Shown here: positions 21,802-31,682 of the stretch, in pieces
Numbering within the stretch: the stretch's first letter is position 1
Layout: every line of letters begins with the position of its first letter
Origin: an uncultured delta proteobacterium
Lineage (GTDB): Bacteria; Myxococcota_A; UBA9160; SMWR01
Assembly (NCBI GenBank): GCA_963832165.1
Contig: CAWHTE010000004.1
Coordinates: forward strand, 448,001-512,000
Direction: 5' to 3'
DNA length: 64,000 nt
Position numbers and translations under genes: made by a program
Notes under the pieces: generated by a model
The model's input: only the letters and a program-made list of their open reading frames with translations
What the model was told of the DNA's origin: nothing
Databases searched by the model: none

Positions 21802-22650
21802 GTGGACAAGCGCACCTCGCTGGCCGAGGCCATCGCCGAGCTGCGCGATGGCATGACGATCGGGATCGGTGGCTGGGGCTCGCGCCGCAAGCCGATGGCG
21901 GTGGTGCGCGAGATCCTTCGAACCAGCTTGAAGGATCTCACGATCGTCTCATACGGCGGTCCCGACCTCGGAATCCTGTGCGCGGCCGGAAAGGTCAAGC
22001 GCGCCTGCTTTGGCTTCGTATCGCTCGACTCGATCCCGCTCGAGCCGCACTTCCGCGCCGCCCGCCAGAACGGCACGATCGAGACGTTCGAGCTCGATGA
22101 GGGGATGTTCCAGTGGGGCCTGTATGCAGCGGCCACGCGGCTGCCCTTCCTGCCCACGCGCGCGGGGCTCGGCTCCGACGTGCTGAAGCTGAACCCGCAG
22201 CTGCGCACCGTGCGATCCCCGTATGGCGAGGGCGAAGAGCTCGTCGCGATGCCCGCGCTCGAGCTCGACGTCGCGTTCGTGCACATGAACCGCGCCGACG
22301 CGGCGGGCAACGGTCAGTATCTCGGCCCCGATCCCTACTTCGACGATCTGTTCTGCATGGCCGCGAAGCGGCGCTTCATGACCTGTGAGCGGATCGTGCG
22401 CACGGACGAGTTCCTCAAGGAAGGGTCGCTGCAGACACTGATCCTCAACCGCACGATGGTGGATGGCGTGATCGAGACGCCGCGCGGCGCGCACTTCACG
22501 GAGTGCCCGCCCGACTACGGCCGCGACGAGGCGTTCCAGCGCGACTACGCGGCGACCGCCAAGGATGCCGGCGCGTGGCAGTCGTTCTTCGAGAAGTACC
22601 TGTCGCTCGAGGACGAGGCGGCCTATCAGCGCGCAGTGGCCGAACGATGA
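21802..22650 (+). CDS. ipdA: CoA-transferase-fold subunit A, steroid C-ring cleavage hydrolase IpdA homolog
   Basis: DGMTIGIGGWGSRRKPMA, SYGGPDLG, FVSLDSIPLEPHF and GAHFTECPPDYGRD; operon context. Confidence 0.88.
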   Translation: MDKRTSLAEAIAELRDGMTIGIGGWGSRRKPMAVVREILRTSLKDLTIVSYGGPDLGILCAAGKVKRACFGFVSLDSIPLEPHFRAARQNGTIETFELDEGMFQWGLYAAATRLPFLPTRAGLGSDVLKLNPQLRTVRSPYGEGEELVAMPALELDVAFVHMNRADAAGNGQYLGPDPYFDDLFCMAAKRRFMTCERIVRTDEFLKEGSLQTLILNRTMVDGVIETPRGAHFTECPPDYGRDEAFQRDYAATAKDAGAWQSFFEKYLSLEDEAAYQRAVAER

Positions 22651-23411
22651 GCGAGGCCACGCGCGCGGAGATATGCGCGGTCGCGATCGCGGAGGTGTTC
22701 CGCGGGGATGGCGAGGTGCTCATCTCGCCGATCGGCACGCTGCCGCAGATCGGCGCCAAGCTCGCGAAGCTCACGTTCGAGCCGGATCTCCTGATGACCG
22801 ACGGCGTCGCGCCGCTGCTCGCGAACGTGCTGCCCGTCTCCGGGAGCGATCGGCCTGATCCCGTGATCGAGGGCTGGCTGCCGTATCGCAAGGTGTTCGA
22901 CCTGGTCTGGTCGGGCCGGCGCCACGTGATGATGGGCGCGACCCAGATCGACCGCTTCGGCAACCAGAACATCGCGTGCATCGGAGACTACGCGAAGCCG
23001 AAGGCGCAGCTGCTCGGCATGCGCGGCGCTCCCGGCAACACGATCAACCACACCACGAGCTACTGGGTGCCGGGTCACTCCGACCGCGTGTTCGTCGAGA
23101 AGGTCGATGTCGTGTCGGGCATCGGCTACGACCGCGCGGCCGCGCTCGGGCCGACCGCGTCGCGCTTCCACGAGATCCGCCGCGTGGTGTCGAACCTGGG
23201 TGTGTTCGATTTCGCCACGAGCGATCACCGCATGCGGCTCGTCTCGATCCACCCCGGAGCGTCGGTGGAGGAGGTGACGCGCAACACGGCGTTCGAGCTC
23301 GCGATCCCCGCAAACGTGACCGAGACGCGCGCCCCTTCGGACGCCGAGCTGCGTCTGCTGCGCGAGGTGATCGATCCCGGCGGCGCGGGCAACGCCGAAG
23401 TGCGCGCGTAG
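22647..23411 (+). CDS. ipdB: CoA-transferase-fold subunit B, IpdB homolog
   Basis: TRAEICAVAIAEVFRGDGE, EGWLPYRKVFD and RGAPGNTINHTTSYW. Confidence 0.88.
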   Translation: MSEATRAEICAVAIAEVFRGDGEVLISPIGTLPQIGAKLAKLTFEPDLLMTDGVAPLLANVLPVSGSDRPDPVIEGWLPYRKVFDLVWSGRRHVMMGATQIDRFGNQNIACIGDYAKPKAQLLGMRGAPGNTINHTTSYWVPGHSDRVFVEKVDVVSGIGYDRAAALGPTASRFHEIRRVVSNLGVFDFATSDHRMRLVSIHPGASVEEVTRNTAFELAIPANVTETRAPSDAELRLLREVIDPGGAGNAEVRA

Positions 23412-23420
23412 GGAGGCCCC

Positions 23421-24175
23421 ATGTCGTTTCGCATCGCGACGAGCGATGGCATCGCCGAGCTCGTGATCGACAACCCGCCCGTGAACGCGCTCTCCACGAA
23501 GGCGTGGGCCGAGCTCGCGCGTGCGATCGAGGGATTCGGCCGCGACGACGCGGTGCGCTGCGTGGTGATCCGCGCGGATGGACGCGGCTTCCAGTGCGGC
23601 GTCGACGTGAAGGAGCTCGCGACCGACGGCACGTTGATCGTCGCGGCGAACCGCGGCTGCTACGACACGTTCGGCGCGATCTACGACTGTCCCGTACCCG
23701 TGATCTCGGCCGTGCACGGCTATTGCCTCGGCGGCGGCATCGGCATCGCGGGCTCGTCGGATTTCGTGATCGCGTCCGAAGACGCGACCTTCGGTCTGCC
23801 CGAGATCGACCGCGGCGCGATGGGCGCAGCGACCCACGCGATGCGCATGTTCGGCATGCAGGAGGCGCGGCGCATGCTGCTCACGGGCGAGCCGATCGGC
23901 GCGCACGAGGCGTACCGGCTCGGAGGCCTCTTGCGCGTGGTCCCGCGCGCAGAGCTGCGCGACGCCGCGCTCGAGCTCGCGGGAAAGATCGCAGGGAAGA
24001 GCCCGAGGGCCGTGCGCGCGGCCAAGGCCTCGCTGAACGGGATCGAGCTGATCGACGTTCGCAAGAGCTACCGCTTCGAGCAGGGCTTTACACTCGAGCT
24101 CTATACCAGCGCCGACTCTCAGGAATCGCGCGACGCATTCGTCGAGAAGCGCGACGCCAAGTTCGACCCAAGTAG
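23421..24175 (+). CDS. echA20: Enoyl-CoA hydratase, EchA20 homolog
   Basis: PPVNAL, HGYCLGGGIG, FGLPEIDRGAMGAATH and SYRFEQGFTLEL. The TAG at 24173-24175 comes into frame if one base is restored. Confidence 0.85.
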
Positions 24176-24180
24176 CCCGC

Positions 24181-25347
24181 ATGGATCTCACCTACACGCC
24201 CGAGCAGGACGCCTTCCGCGCCGAGGTGCGCACATGGCTGCGCGCGCACGTTCCCGCGCAGCCGCTGCCCTCGTTCGACACGCGCGAGGGCTTCGAGGCG
24301 CATCGGCGTTGGGAGCACGAGCTCCACGAGGGCGGCTACGCAATGGTGCCGTGGCCCGTGGAGTACGGTGGGCGCGGCGCCGACCTGCTCGAGTGGTTGA
24401 TCTTCGAGGAGGAGTACTACGGCGCGGGAGCGCCCAAGCGCGTCAACCAGAACGGGATCTTCCTGCTCGGCCCCACGATCATGGAGTACGGCACACCCGC
24501 GCAGAAGGCGCGCTTCCTGCCGAAGATGGCCGCGAGCGACGAGATCTGGGCGCAGGGCTGGTCGGAGCCGAACGCGGGCAGCGACATGGCCAACATCCAG
24601 GCCACCGCGCAGCGCTCCGGCGATCACTACGTGATCAACGGCCAGAAGACCTGGGCATCGCGCGGCGCTTTCGCGGATTGGCTGTTCGGGATGTTCCGCA
24701 CCGATCCGAATACCGAGCGCCACAAGGGCCTCACGTTCATCCTCGTGCCGCTCGATCTGCCCGGCATCACGGTGCGGCCGATCGATCAGCTCGACGGGCT
24801 GCCCGGCTTCGCCGAGGTGTTCCTCGACGACGTGCGCGTGCCGGTCGAGAACCGGCTCGGCGAAGAAGGGCAAGGCTGGTCGGTGGCGATGGCCACCGCG
24901 GGCTTCGAGCGCGGGCTCATGCTGCGCAGCCCGGCGCGCTTCCAGGAAACGGCGCGCCGGCTCGTCGATCTCTACCGCGCGCACCGCGACAGCGCCGATC
25001 GCGCGCTCGCCGATGTCGTGGTGGATTGCTGGAGCCAGGCCGAGGCGTATGCGCTCGAGACCTATCGCACCGTGTCGCGGCTGCTCGGCGGCGCGAAGAT
25101 CGGCCCCGAGGCGAGCCTCAACAAGATCTTCTGGTCCGAGCTGGATCTGCGCATGCACGAGACCGCGCTGCGCATCCTCGAGGAGCGCGGCCAGCTGCTG
25201 CCCGAGGCGGCCGCCGCCCGCGACGTCGGCACCTGGCTCGACGGCTACCTGTTCGCGCTCTCGGGTCCGATCTACGCGGGCACCAACGAGATCCAGCGCA
25301 ACATCATCGCCGAGCGGATCCTGGGAATGCCGCGAGCCGGCGCATGA
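24181..25347 (+). CDS. Acyl-CoA dehydrogenase (FadE31-like)
   Basis: WAQGWSEPNAGSD, NGQKTWASR, AGFERGLMLRSP and IYAGTNEIQRNIIAER. Confidence 0.9.
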   Translation: MDLTYTPEQDAFRAEVRTWLRAHVPAQPLPSFDTREGFEAHRRWEHELHEGGYAMVPWPVEYGGRGADLLEWLIFEEEYYGAGAPKRVNQNGIFLLGPTIMEYGTPAQKARFLPKMAASDEIWAQGWSEPNAGSDMANIQATAQRSGDHYVINGQKTWASRGAFADWLFGMFRTDPNTERHKGLTFILVPLDLPGITVRPIDQLDGLPGFAEVFLDDVRVPVENRLGEEGQGWSVAMATAGFERGLMLRSPARFQETARRLVDLYRAHRDSADRALADVVVDCWSQAEAYALETYRTVSRLLGGAKIGPEASLNKIFWSELDLRMHETALRILEERGQLLPEAAAARDVGTWLDGYLFALSGPIYAGTNEIQRNIIAERILGMPRAGA

Positions 25348-26393
25348 GCTTCGACTTCACCGAAGACCAGAAGCTGCTCCAGCAGACGGTGCGCGACTTT
25401 CTCGCGGGCGAGTGCACGCCCGAGGCGGTGCGCGCGCTCTGGGCCAGCGACACGGGGCGCTCGCGCGCGCTCTGGAAGCAGCTCGCCGAGGTTGGACTCG
25501 TGGGCCTGCTCGTGCCCGAGGCGCACGAGGGCATGGGCCTCTCCGAGGTCGACTTCGTGCTGCTGTGCGAAGAGGTCGGCCGCGCCGCGCTCGCCGAGCC
25601 CGTGATCTCCACCGCGGCGGTTGCGGCTCCGCTGATCTCCGAGCACGGCGGCGAGCTGGCCGCGCGCTGGCTCAAGCCGCTCGCGGTAGGCGAGGCGATC
25701 GCCGCGATCGCGCATCCCGTGAGCCCGCTCGTGGACGACGCGCACGTCGCGGACCTCTTGCTGCTCGCGGATGCGGGCGAGATTCACGCCGTGGCGCCGG
25801 CCGATGCGGAGATCGTGGTGCAGCCCGCCAACGATCCCGCGCGCCGCGTCGCGACCGTCACCTTCGAGCCGCATGCGCGGACCTGCGTGGCCTCCGGCTC
25901 GCAGGCGCGCGCGCTGCTCGACTCCGCGCTCGACCGCGGCGCGCTCGCTGCGTCGGCGCAGCTGCTCGGCGTTTGCGACCGGCTGATCGCGCTCGCGGTC
26001 GCCTACACGAGCCAGCGCGTGCAGTTCGGCGTGCCGATCGGCTCGTTCCAGGCGGTCAAGCACGCGCTCGCGGACGTGAAGGTGAAGCTCGAGTACGCGC
26101 GCCCGCTCGTGTACCGCGCGGCCGACTCGGTCGCGCGCACGCTTCCCCAGCGCTCGGTGCACGTCTCGATGGCCAAGGTCGCCGCCGCGGAGGCTGCGCT
26201 GCGCGGCGCGCGCGCGGCGCTGCAGGCCCATGGCGCGATCGGCTACACCTGGGAGCAGGACGTCCACATCTGGATGCGCCGCGCCTGGTCGCTCGACTAC
26301 ATGTGGGGCAACCAGCGCTTCCATCGCCAGCGGATGGCCGAGTTCGTGCTCGCGCCGGGCGCGCCGCTGGGCGCCGGCCGCACTTTCGTCTGA
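25344..26393 (+). CDS. Acyl-CoA dehydrogenase (FadE32-like short subunit)
   Basis: MSFDFTEDQ start overlapping the previous stop; RVQFGVPIGSFQAVKH and HGAIGYTWE. Confidence 0.88.
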   Translation: MSFDFTEDQKLLQQTVRDFLAGECTPEAVRALWASDTGRSRALWKQLAEVGLVGLLVPEAHEGMGLSEVDFVLLCEEVGRAALAEPVISTAAVAAPLISEHGGELAARWLKPLAVGEAIAAIAHPVSPLVDDAHVADLLLLADAGEIHAVAPADAEIVVQPANDPARRVATVTFEPHARTCVASGSQARALLDSALDRGALAASAQLLGVCDRLIALAVAYTSQRVQFGVPIGSFQAVKHALADVKVKLEYARPLVYRAADSVARTLPQRSVHVSMAKVAAAEAALRGARAALQAHGAIGYTWEQDVHIWMRRAWSLDYMWGNQRFHRQRMAEFVLAPGAPLGAGRTFV

Positions 26394-26402
26394 GGAGAAC
26401 CC

Positions 26403-27557
26403 ATGGCACAGGCACAGGCATACATCATCGACGCAGTCCGCACGCCGGTTGGCAAGCGCGGGGGCGGTCTGTCGGGCATCCACTCCGCTGATCTGGGCGC
26501 CCACGTGCTGCGCACGCTGATGGAGCGCACGGGCGTCGACCCGAACGCGGTCGAGGACGTGATCTTCGGCTGCTGCGACACGGTCGGCTCGCAGGCCGGG
26601 GACATCGCGCGCACGTGCTGGCTCGCGGCAGGGCTGCCGCTGCACGTGCCCGGCGTGACGATCGACCGCCAGTGCGGGTCGTCGCAGCAGTCGGTCCACT
26701 TCGCGGCGCAGGGCGTGATGAGCGGCACGAGTGATCTCGTCGTGGCGGGTGGCGTGCAGAACATGAGCCAGATCCCGATCTCGTACGCGATGACCTGCGC
26801 CGAGCCGCTCGGCATCACGAATCCGTTCTGGGGCTCGAAGGGCTGGGTCGACCGCTACGGCACACAGGACGTGTCGCAGTTCCGGGGCGCCGAGATGGTG
26901 GCCGACAAGTGGAATATCTCGCGCGAGGACATGGAGCGCTTCGCGCTCGAGAGCCACGAGCGCGCGCTGCGCGCGACGGCCGAGGGCCGCTTCGAGCGCG
27001 AGATCGCGCCGATCAACGGCGTCACCGCCGACGAGGGCCCGCGCCGCACGAGCCTCGAGAAGATGGCGACGCTGCCGCTGCTCGAGGGCGCCAAGAAGCT
27101 GACCGCTGCGCTCGCGAGCCAGATCTCCGACGGCGCGTCGTGTGTGCTGGTCGCGTCGGAGCGCGCCGTGAAGGATCACGGCCTGACGCCTCGCGCGCGC
27201 GTGCATCACATCAGCGTGCTCGCCGACGACCCGATCTACATGCTGACGGCGCCGATTCCGGCCACGCGCCGCGCGCTCGAGAAGACGGGCATGAACATGG
27301 GCCAGATCGATGCGGTCGAGATCAACGAGGCGTTCGCATCGGTGGTGCTCGCGTGGGAGAAGGAACTGCACCCCGACATGGCCAAAGTGAACCCGAACGG
27401 CGGTGCGATCGCGCTGGGCCACCCGATCGGCGCCACGGGCACGCGCCTCATGACGACGCTGCTCTCCGAGCTCGAGCGCACGGGCGGGCGCTATGGCCTG
27501 CAGACCATGTGCGAGGGCGGCGGCCAGGCGAACGTCACGATTCTCGAACGGCTGTGA
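26403..27557 (+). CDS. fadA6: Acetyl-CoA C-acyltransferase (thiolase), FadA6 homolog
   Basis: DRQCGSSQQ, EINEAFA, GHPIGATG and TMCEGGGQANVT; lies in the ipd operon. Confidence 0.82.
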   Translation: MAQAQAYIIDAVRTPVGKRGGGLSGIHSADLGAHVLRTLMERTGVDPNAVEDVIFGCCDTVGSQAGDIARTCWLAAGLPLHVPGVTIDRQCGSSQQSVHFAAQGVMSGTSDLVVAGGVQNMSQIPISYAMTCAEPLGITNPFWGSKGWVDRYGTQDVSQFRGAEMVADKWNISREDMERFALESHERALRATAEGRFEREIAPINGVTADEGPRRTSLEKMATLPLLEGAKKLTAALASQISDGASCVLVASERAVKDHGLTPRARVHHISVLADDPIYMLTAPIPATRRALEKTGMNMGQIDAVEINEAFASVVLAWEKELHPDMAKVNPNGGAIALGHPIGATGTRLMTTLLSELERTGGRYGLQTMCEGGGQANVTILERL

Positions 27558-28687
27558 ACTTCGCATTCACCGAAGAGCAGGAGGAGCTGCGCGCCGCAGC
27601 ACGCGCGTTCCTCGCCGAGTCCTCGAGCTCCGAGCGCGTGCGCGCGGCGATGGCGAGCGAGCTCGGCTACGACCCGCAGATCTGGAAGCGGATCGGCAGC
27701 GAGCTCGGCTGGTCCGCCGCGATCGTGCCCGAGGACTGCGGTGGCCTCGGTCTCGGTGCCGTGGAGCTCGTGGCGCTCGCGGAGAGGATGGGCGAGGCGC
27801 TCCTGTGCTCGCCGTTCTTCGCCACCGTCTGCCTCGCGGCGCAGGCCGTGCTGGCCGCGGGAACCCCGGAGCAGCGGCAGCGCTATCTGGGGCCGATCGC
27901 GGAAGGGCAGGCGCGCGCGGCGCTCGCGACGGCCGAGCCCGGGCTCGCGCACGACGCGGTCGCGCTCGAGGCGCGCCGCGACGGCAACGGCGTTCGCCTC
28001 ACGGGGATCAAGAGCTACGTGATCGACGGCCACAGCGCAGACTGGATCGTCGTGAGCGCGCGCGCACCCGGCAGCTCGGGTGACGAGGGCGTGTCGCTGT
28101 TCGTGGTGCCCGGCGACGCGCCCGGGCTCGCGCGCCGAGCGCTGCCCACGATGGACATGACCCGGCGCCAGGCCGAGCTGCGCTTCGAGGACGTCCGCGT
28201 CGCGGCGGAGGCGAGACTCGGCGAGGAGGGCGCCGGTGCGGCGCCGCTGCGCCGCGCGCTCGATCTCGGCGCGGTCGCGCTCGCGGCCGAGTCGGTCGGC
28301 GGCGCGCAGCGCAGCCTGGATCTCTCGGTCGCGTACGCGAAGGAGCGCGAGCAGTTCGGGCGCCCGATCGGCTCGTTCCAGGCGATCAAGCACAAGTGCG
28401 CCGACATGATGGTGAAGGTCGAGACCGCGCGCTCAGCGGCCTACTACGCGGCGTGCGCGGCTTCGGAAGATGCGCCAGACCTCCCGGTCGCGGCGTCGCT
28501 CGCGAAGGCCTACTGCTGCGAGGCCTACTACCACTGCGCTGCGGAGAGCATCCAGATCTTCGGCGGGGTCGGATTCACCTGGGAGTACGACCCGCATCTC
28601 TACTTCAAGCGCGCGCGCGCGTCCGAGTCGCTGCTCGGCACGCCCGCCTGGCACCGCGAGCGCGTCGCGCGCGCGATCGGGCTCTAG
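27554..28687 (+). CDS. Acyl-CoA dehydrogenase (FadE33-like)
   Basis: VNFAFTEEQEEL, REQFGRPIGSFQAIKH and GGVGFTWEYDPHLYFKRA. Confidence 0.88.
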   Translation: MNFAFTEEQEELRAAARAFLAESSSSERVRAAMASELGYDPQIWKRIGSELGWSAAIVPEDCGGLGLGAVELVALAERMGEALLCSPFFATVCLAAQAVLAAGTPEQRQRYLGPIAEGQARAALATAEPGLAHDAVALEARRDGNGVRLTGIKSYVIDGHSADWIVVSARAPGSSGDEGVSLFVVPGDAPGLARRALPTMDMTRRQAELRFEDVRVAAEARLGEEGAGAAPLRRALDLGAVALAAESVGGAQRSLDLSVAYAKEREQFGRPIGSFQAIKHKCADMMVKVETARSAAYYAACAASEDAPDLPVAASLAKAYCCEAYYHCAAESIQIFGGVGFTWEYDPHLYFKRARASESLLGTPAWHRERVARAIGL

Positions 28688-29467
28688 ATGGCGCTCGCGA
28701 TCGATCTCTCGGGGCGCGTCGCGATCGTGACCGGCGGCGGACGCGGCGTGGGTCGCGGCATCAGCGAGGGATTCCTGGAAGCGGGCGCGGACGTCGTGAT
28801 CTGCGGGCGCAAGGAGCCCGAGCGTCTCCCGGAGGCCGGCGGGCGCCGCGCGCTGTTCACGCCCGCCGACGTGCGCGAGCTCGAGCAGATCGAGGCGGTC
28901 GCCGCATTCGCCGAGCAGCGCTTCGGCCGGATCGACGTGCTCGTGAACAACGCGGGTGGTGCGCCGCCGTCCGATGCGGCCACCGCGTCGCCGCGCTTCC
29001 ACGAGTCGATCCTGCGCCTCAACCTGATCGCGCCGCTGCACTTCGCGCAGCGCGCGAACCGCACGATGCAGGGCCAGGAATCGGGCGGTGTGATCTTGTT
29101 CATCAGCAGCGTCTCCGCGACGCGCCCGTCGCCCGGCACGGCGGCCTACGGCGCGGCCAAGGCCGGAGTCGAGTCGCTCGCGCGCTCGCTCGCGGTGGAG
29201 TGGGGCCCCAAGGTGCGCGTCGTGGGCGTGGCGGGCGGCATGGTAGAGACGGAGCAGTCCGAGCTCTATTACGGCGACGCGGAGGGGATCGCGGCCGTGG
29301 GTGCGACGGTTCCGGTCGGCCGTCTCGCGGTGCCGCGCGACATCGGAGATGCGTGCGTGTTCCTGGCCTCGCCGCTCGCCTCGTACGTCTCGGGCACGAC
29401 ACTGCTCGCGCACGGCGGCGGTGAGCGCCCCGCGTTCCTGGCGGCCGCGAAGAACACCAAGTCCTGA
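28688..29467 (+). CDS. Short-chain dehydrogenase/reductase (Rv3549c-like)
   Basis: TGGGRGVG, NNAGG and YGAAK; ASPRFHESILRLNLIAPL. Confidence 0.88.
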   Translation: MALAIDLSGRVAIVTGGGRGVGRGISEGFLEAGADVVICGRKEPERLPEAGGRRALFTPADVRELEQIEAVAAFAEQRFGRIDVLVNNAGGAPPSDAATASPRFHESILRLNLIAPLHFAQRANRTMQGQESGGVILFISSVSATRPSPGTAAYGAAKAGVESLARSLAVEWGPKVRVVGVAGGMVETEQSELYYGDAEGIAAVGATVPVGRLAVPRDIGDACVFLASPLASYVSGTTLLAHGGGERPAFLAAAKNTKS

Positions 29468-29493
29468 TTCGGAATCGAAACGAGGAGTCTCCC

Positions 29494-30975
29494 GTGTCCG
29501 ATCGAAGTGCTGCCGAGACCGCGAAGTCGTCCCAACCGCGCGACGCGAGCGACGTCGCGCGCTGGCACCGCGAGGCCGACGTCGTGATCGTGGGCGCGGG
29601 CGGAGCCGGCGTGTGCGCGGCGCTCGAGGCGCGCGCAGCGGGAGCCTCGGTGCTCGTGCTCGAGCGGGCGTGGAAGGGCGGGGGGACTTCGGCGCAGGCG
29701 AGCGGTCAGCTCTACATGGGCGGCGGCACGCCGCTCCAGAAGGCGTGCGGCTTCGAGGACGACCCCGAGGAGATGTACAAGTACCTCGTCGCGTCGTGCG
29801 GGCCCGGCGCCGACGCCGAGAAGATCCGCGTCTACTGCGAGCGCAGCGTCGAGCACTACCACTGGATCACGGGGCGCGGCGTGCCGTTCAAGCAGACCTA
29901 CCTGCCCGTCGAGGTCGGCACCGATCCCTACACCGACGACGGGCTCTCCTACACCGGCAGCGAGCTCGCCTATCCGTTCTGCGAGATCGCCAAGCCCGCG
30001 CCGCGCGGGCATACGGCCCAGCAGGTCGGCGAGAACGCGGGCGGCATGATGATGGAGCTCTTGCTAGGCCAGCTCGCGCCGGCCGGTGTCGAGGTGCAGC
30101 CAGACGCGCTGTGCGAGCCGCTGATCCAGGACCGCGAGGGCCGCGTGGTCGGCGTGGTCGCGACGATCGACGGCGAGGAGCACTGCATCCGCGCGCGGCG
30201 CGGCGTGATCCTCGCCGCAGGTGGCTACATCCACAACAAGGCGATGCTCGCGCGCTATGCGCCCGTGACGCGACGCGCGCGTTTCCGGCTCGGCTGCGAT
30301 GGCGACGACGGGCGCGGGATCCGGATGGGGATGGGGGCCGGTGGCGACGCGATCCGCATGGAGGCGGCCTGCATCGTGGTGCCGTTCTCGCGCAACCGCC
30401 AGTTCGTGAAGGGCGTGCTCGTGAATGCCTCGGGCCAGCGCTTCTGCGCCGAAGATCTCTACCAGTCACTGCTCGGCGAGATCGGCATGTGGCGCCAGGA
30501 TGGCCGGATCTGGCTCGTGCTCGACGATGCGCTGTACGAGAAGCCGCAGCTCCCGACCGAGATCCTCGCGGTCGGCGACACGTTCGAGGAGCTCGAGACC
30601 GAGGCGAAGATCTTTCCGAAGGGCAGCCTCGTGCAGACCCTGAACAGCTACAACGCGGGTGCCGCGAAGGGAATCGACGCGCAGTTTCGCAAGGAGGCGC
30701 GCTGGCTGCAGCCGCTCGCGACGCCGCCCTACGTAGTGCTCGACCTCTCGCTCGAGAAATATCCGTTCTGGTCCGCGTTCACGCTGGGCGGTCTCCACAC
30801 GCGGCCGACCGGCGAGGTGCTCGACCCCGACGGCGAGGTCGTGCCCGGCCTCTACGCGGCGGGCCGCAACGCCTCGGGCATGCCCGCACACGGGTACAAC
30901 AGCGGGCTGTCGCTCGCGGACGCGACGTTCTCGGGCCGGCTCGCCGGTGTTGCCGCGGCCACACACGAACGATGA
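29494..30975 (+). CDS. FAD-dependent oxidoreductase, 3-ketosteroid dehydrogenase / flavocytochrome c family
   Basis: GAGGAG, GGGTPLQKACGFED, FTLGGL, PGLYAAGR and YNSGLSLADATFSGR. Confidence 0.82.
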   Translation: MSDRSAAETAKSSQPRDASDVARWHREADVVIVGAGGAGVCAALEARAAGASVLVLERAWKGGGTSAQASGQLYMGGGTPLQKACGFEDDPEEMYKYLVASCGPGADAEKIRVYCERSVEHYHWITGRGVPFKQTYLPVEVGTDPYTDDGLSYTGSELAYPFCEIAKPAPRGHTAQQVGENAGGMMMELLLGQLAPAGVEVQPDALCEPLIQDREGRVVGVVATIDGEEHCIRARRGVILAAGGYIHNKAMLARYAPVTRRARFRLGCDGDDGRGIRMGMGAGGDAIRMEAACIVVPFSRNRQFVKGVLVNASGQRFCAEDLYQSLLGEIGMWRQDGRIWLVLDDALYEKPQLPTEILAVGDTFEELETEAKIFPKGSLVQTLNSYNAGAAKGIDAQFRKEARWLQPLATPPYVVLDLSLEKYPFWSAFTLGGLHTRPTGEVLDPDGEVVPGLYAAGRNASGMPAHGYNSGLSLADATFSGRLAGVAAATHER

Positions 30976-30985
30976 TGCGCGTCGC

Positions 30986-31372
30986 TCAGAACGTGCGCTT
31001 CACTCGGGTGTGATAGGTGTCGAGGATGTCGAGGGCCTCGTGCACGCCGTCGCCGTTGCTCGGGTGCACGCGGACCGTGTTGTGGTCCGTTCTCTGGATC
31101 CTGTCGGAGGCAACGGGGCAGCGCACGACGGTGGCGAGCTCCGGATAACGACCGCGCAACCTGCGCCATTCCGCATCGCGCGGCTCTTCGAGCAGATCCG
31201 AGTCGATCACGAGGGTCGAAGCTCCGCGATACTTCGCGCAGACGAACTCGGCCTCTGCCGGGTTCGCGACCGGGTAGACGCGGCGCCCGGTCTTCGCGAG
31301 TGTGCTCTCGAGAGAGAGCCGCTCACCGGGCGATCGGCTCGCGATCAGGACCACCGGAACCCCAGAAGTCAT
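30986..31372 (-). CDS. Hypothetical protein, degenerate receiver-domain-like
   Basis: VVLIAS...LESTLAKTGRRVYPVANPAEA...LVIDSDL pattern resembles CheY topology; lies downstream of the response regulator. Confidence 0.5.
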   Translation of the reverse strand: MTSGVPVVLIASRSPGERLSLESTLAKTGRRVYPVANPAEAEFVCAKYRGASTLVIDSDLLEEPRDAEWRRLRGRYPELATVVRCPVASDRIQRTDHNTVRVHPSNGDGVHEALDILDTYHTRVKRTF

Positions 31373-31682
31373 CACGCCCCCGTCGGAGATTTCCGGACAG
31401 CGCTCAGATTGGGGCAGCGACGTCATGCGAGGTATCCCGGGAAACCGGTAAAACGGCGCGGGTTTCGCGTCGGGGCACAATTCCCCGGGTTTTGGGAAGG
31501 TGATTACCCGGCTAGCGGGATGGCGGCGGCTGCTCCCGAGCGATCATGATCCAGCAGAGCAGCGGGGACGGGACTCTCCAGTGAGTCGGTACAGCCGTTC
31601 CCGAAGCCACGTGTCTAGTAGAGACGGGGGAGTGGCCACCAGGGTGGTTGGCCGCTCCCCCATTCCATGTCTGGAGCTGCCC

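Noticed and set aside
23421..26393. 990-aa ORF appearing to fuse an enoyl-CoA hydratase to an acyl-CoA dehydrogenase
   Set aside because: The middle third is Arg/Ala-rich off-frame translation over the real gene 24181..25347. One restored base near 24170 gives the hydratase its own TAG.
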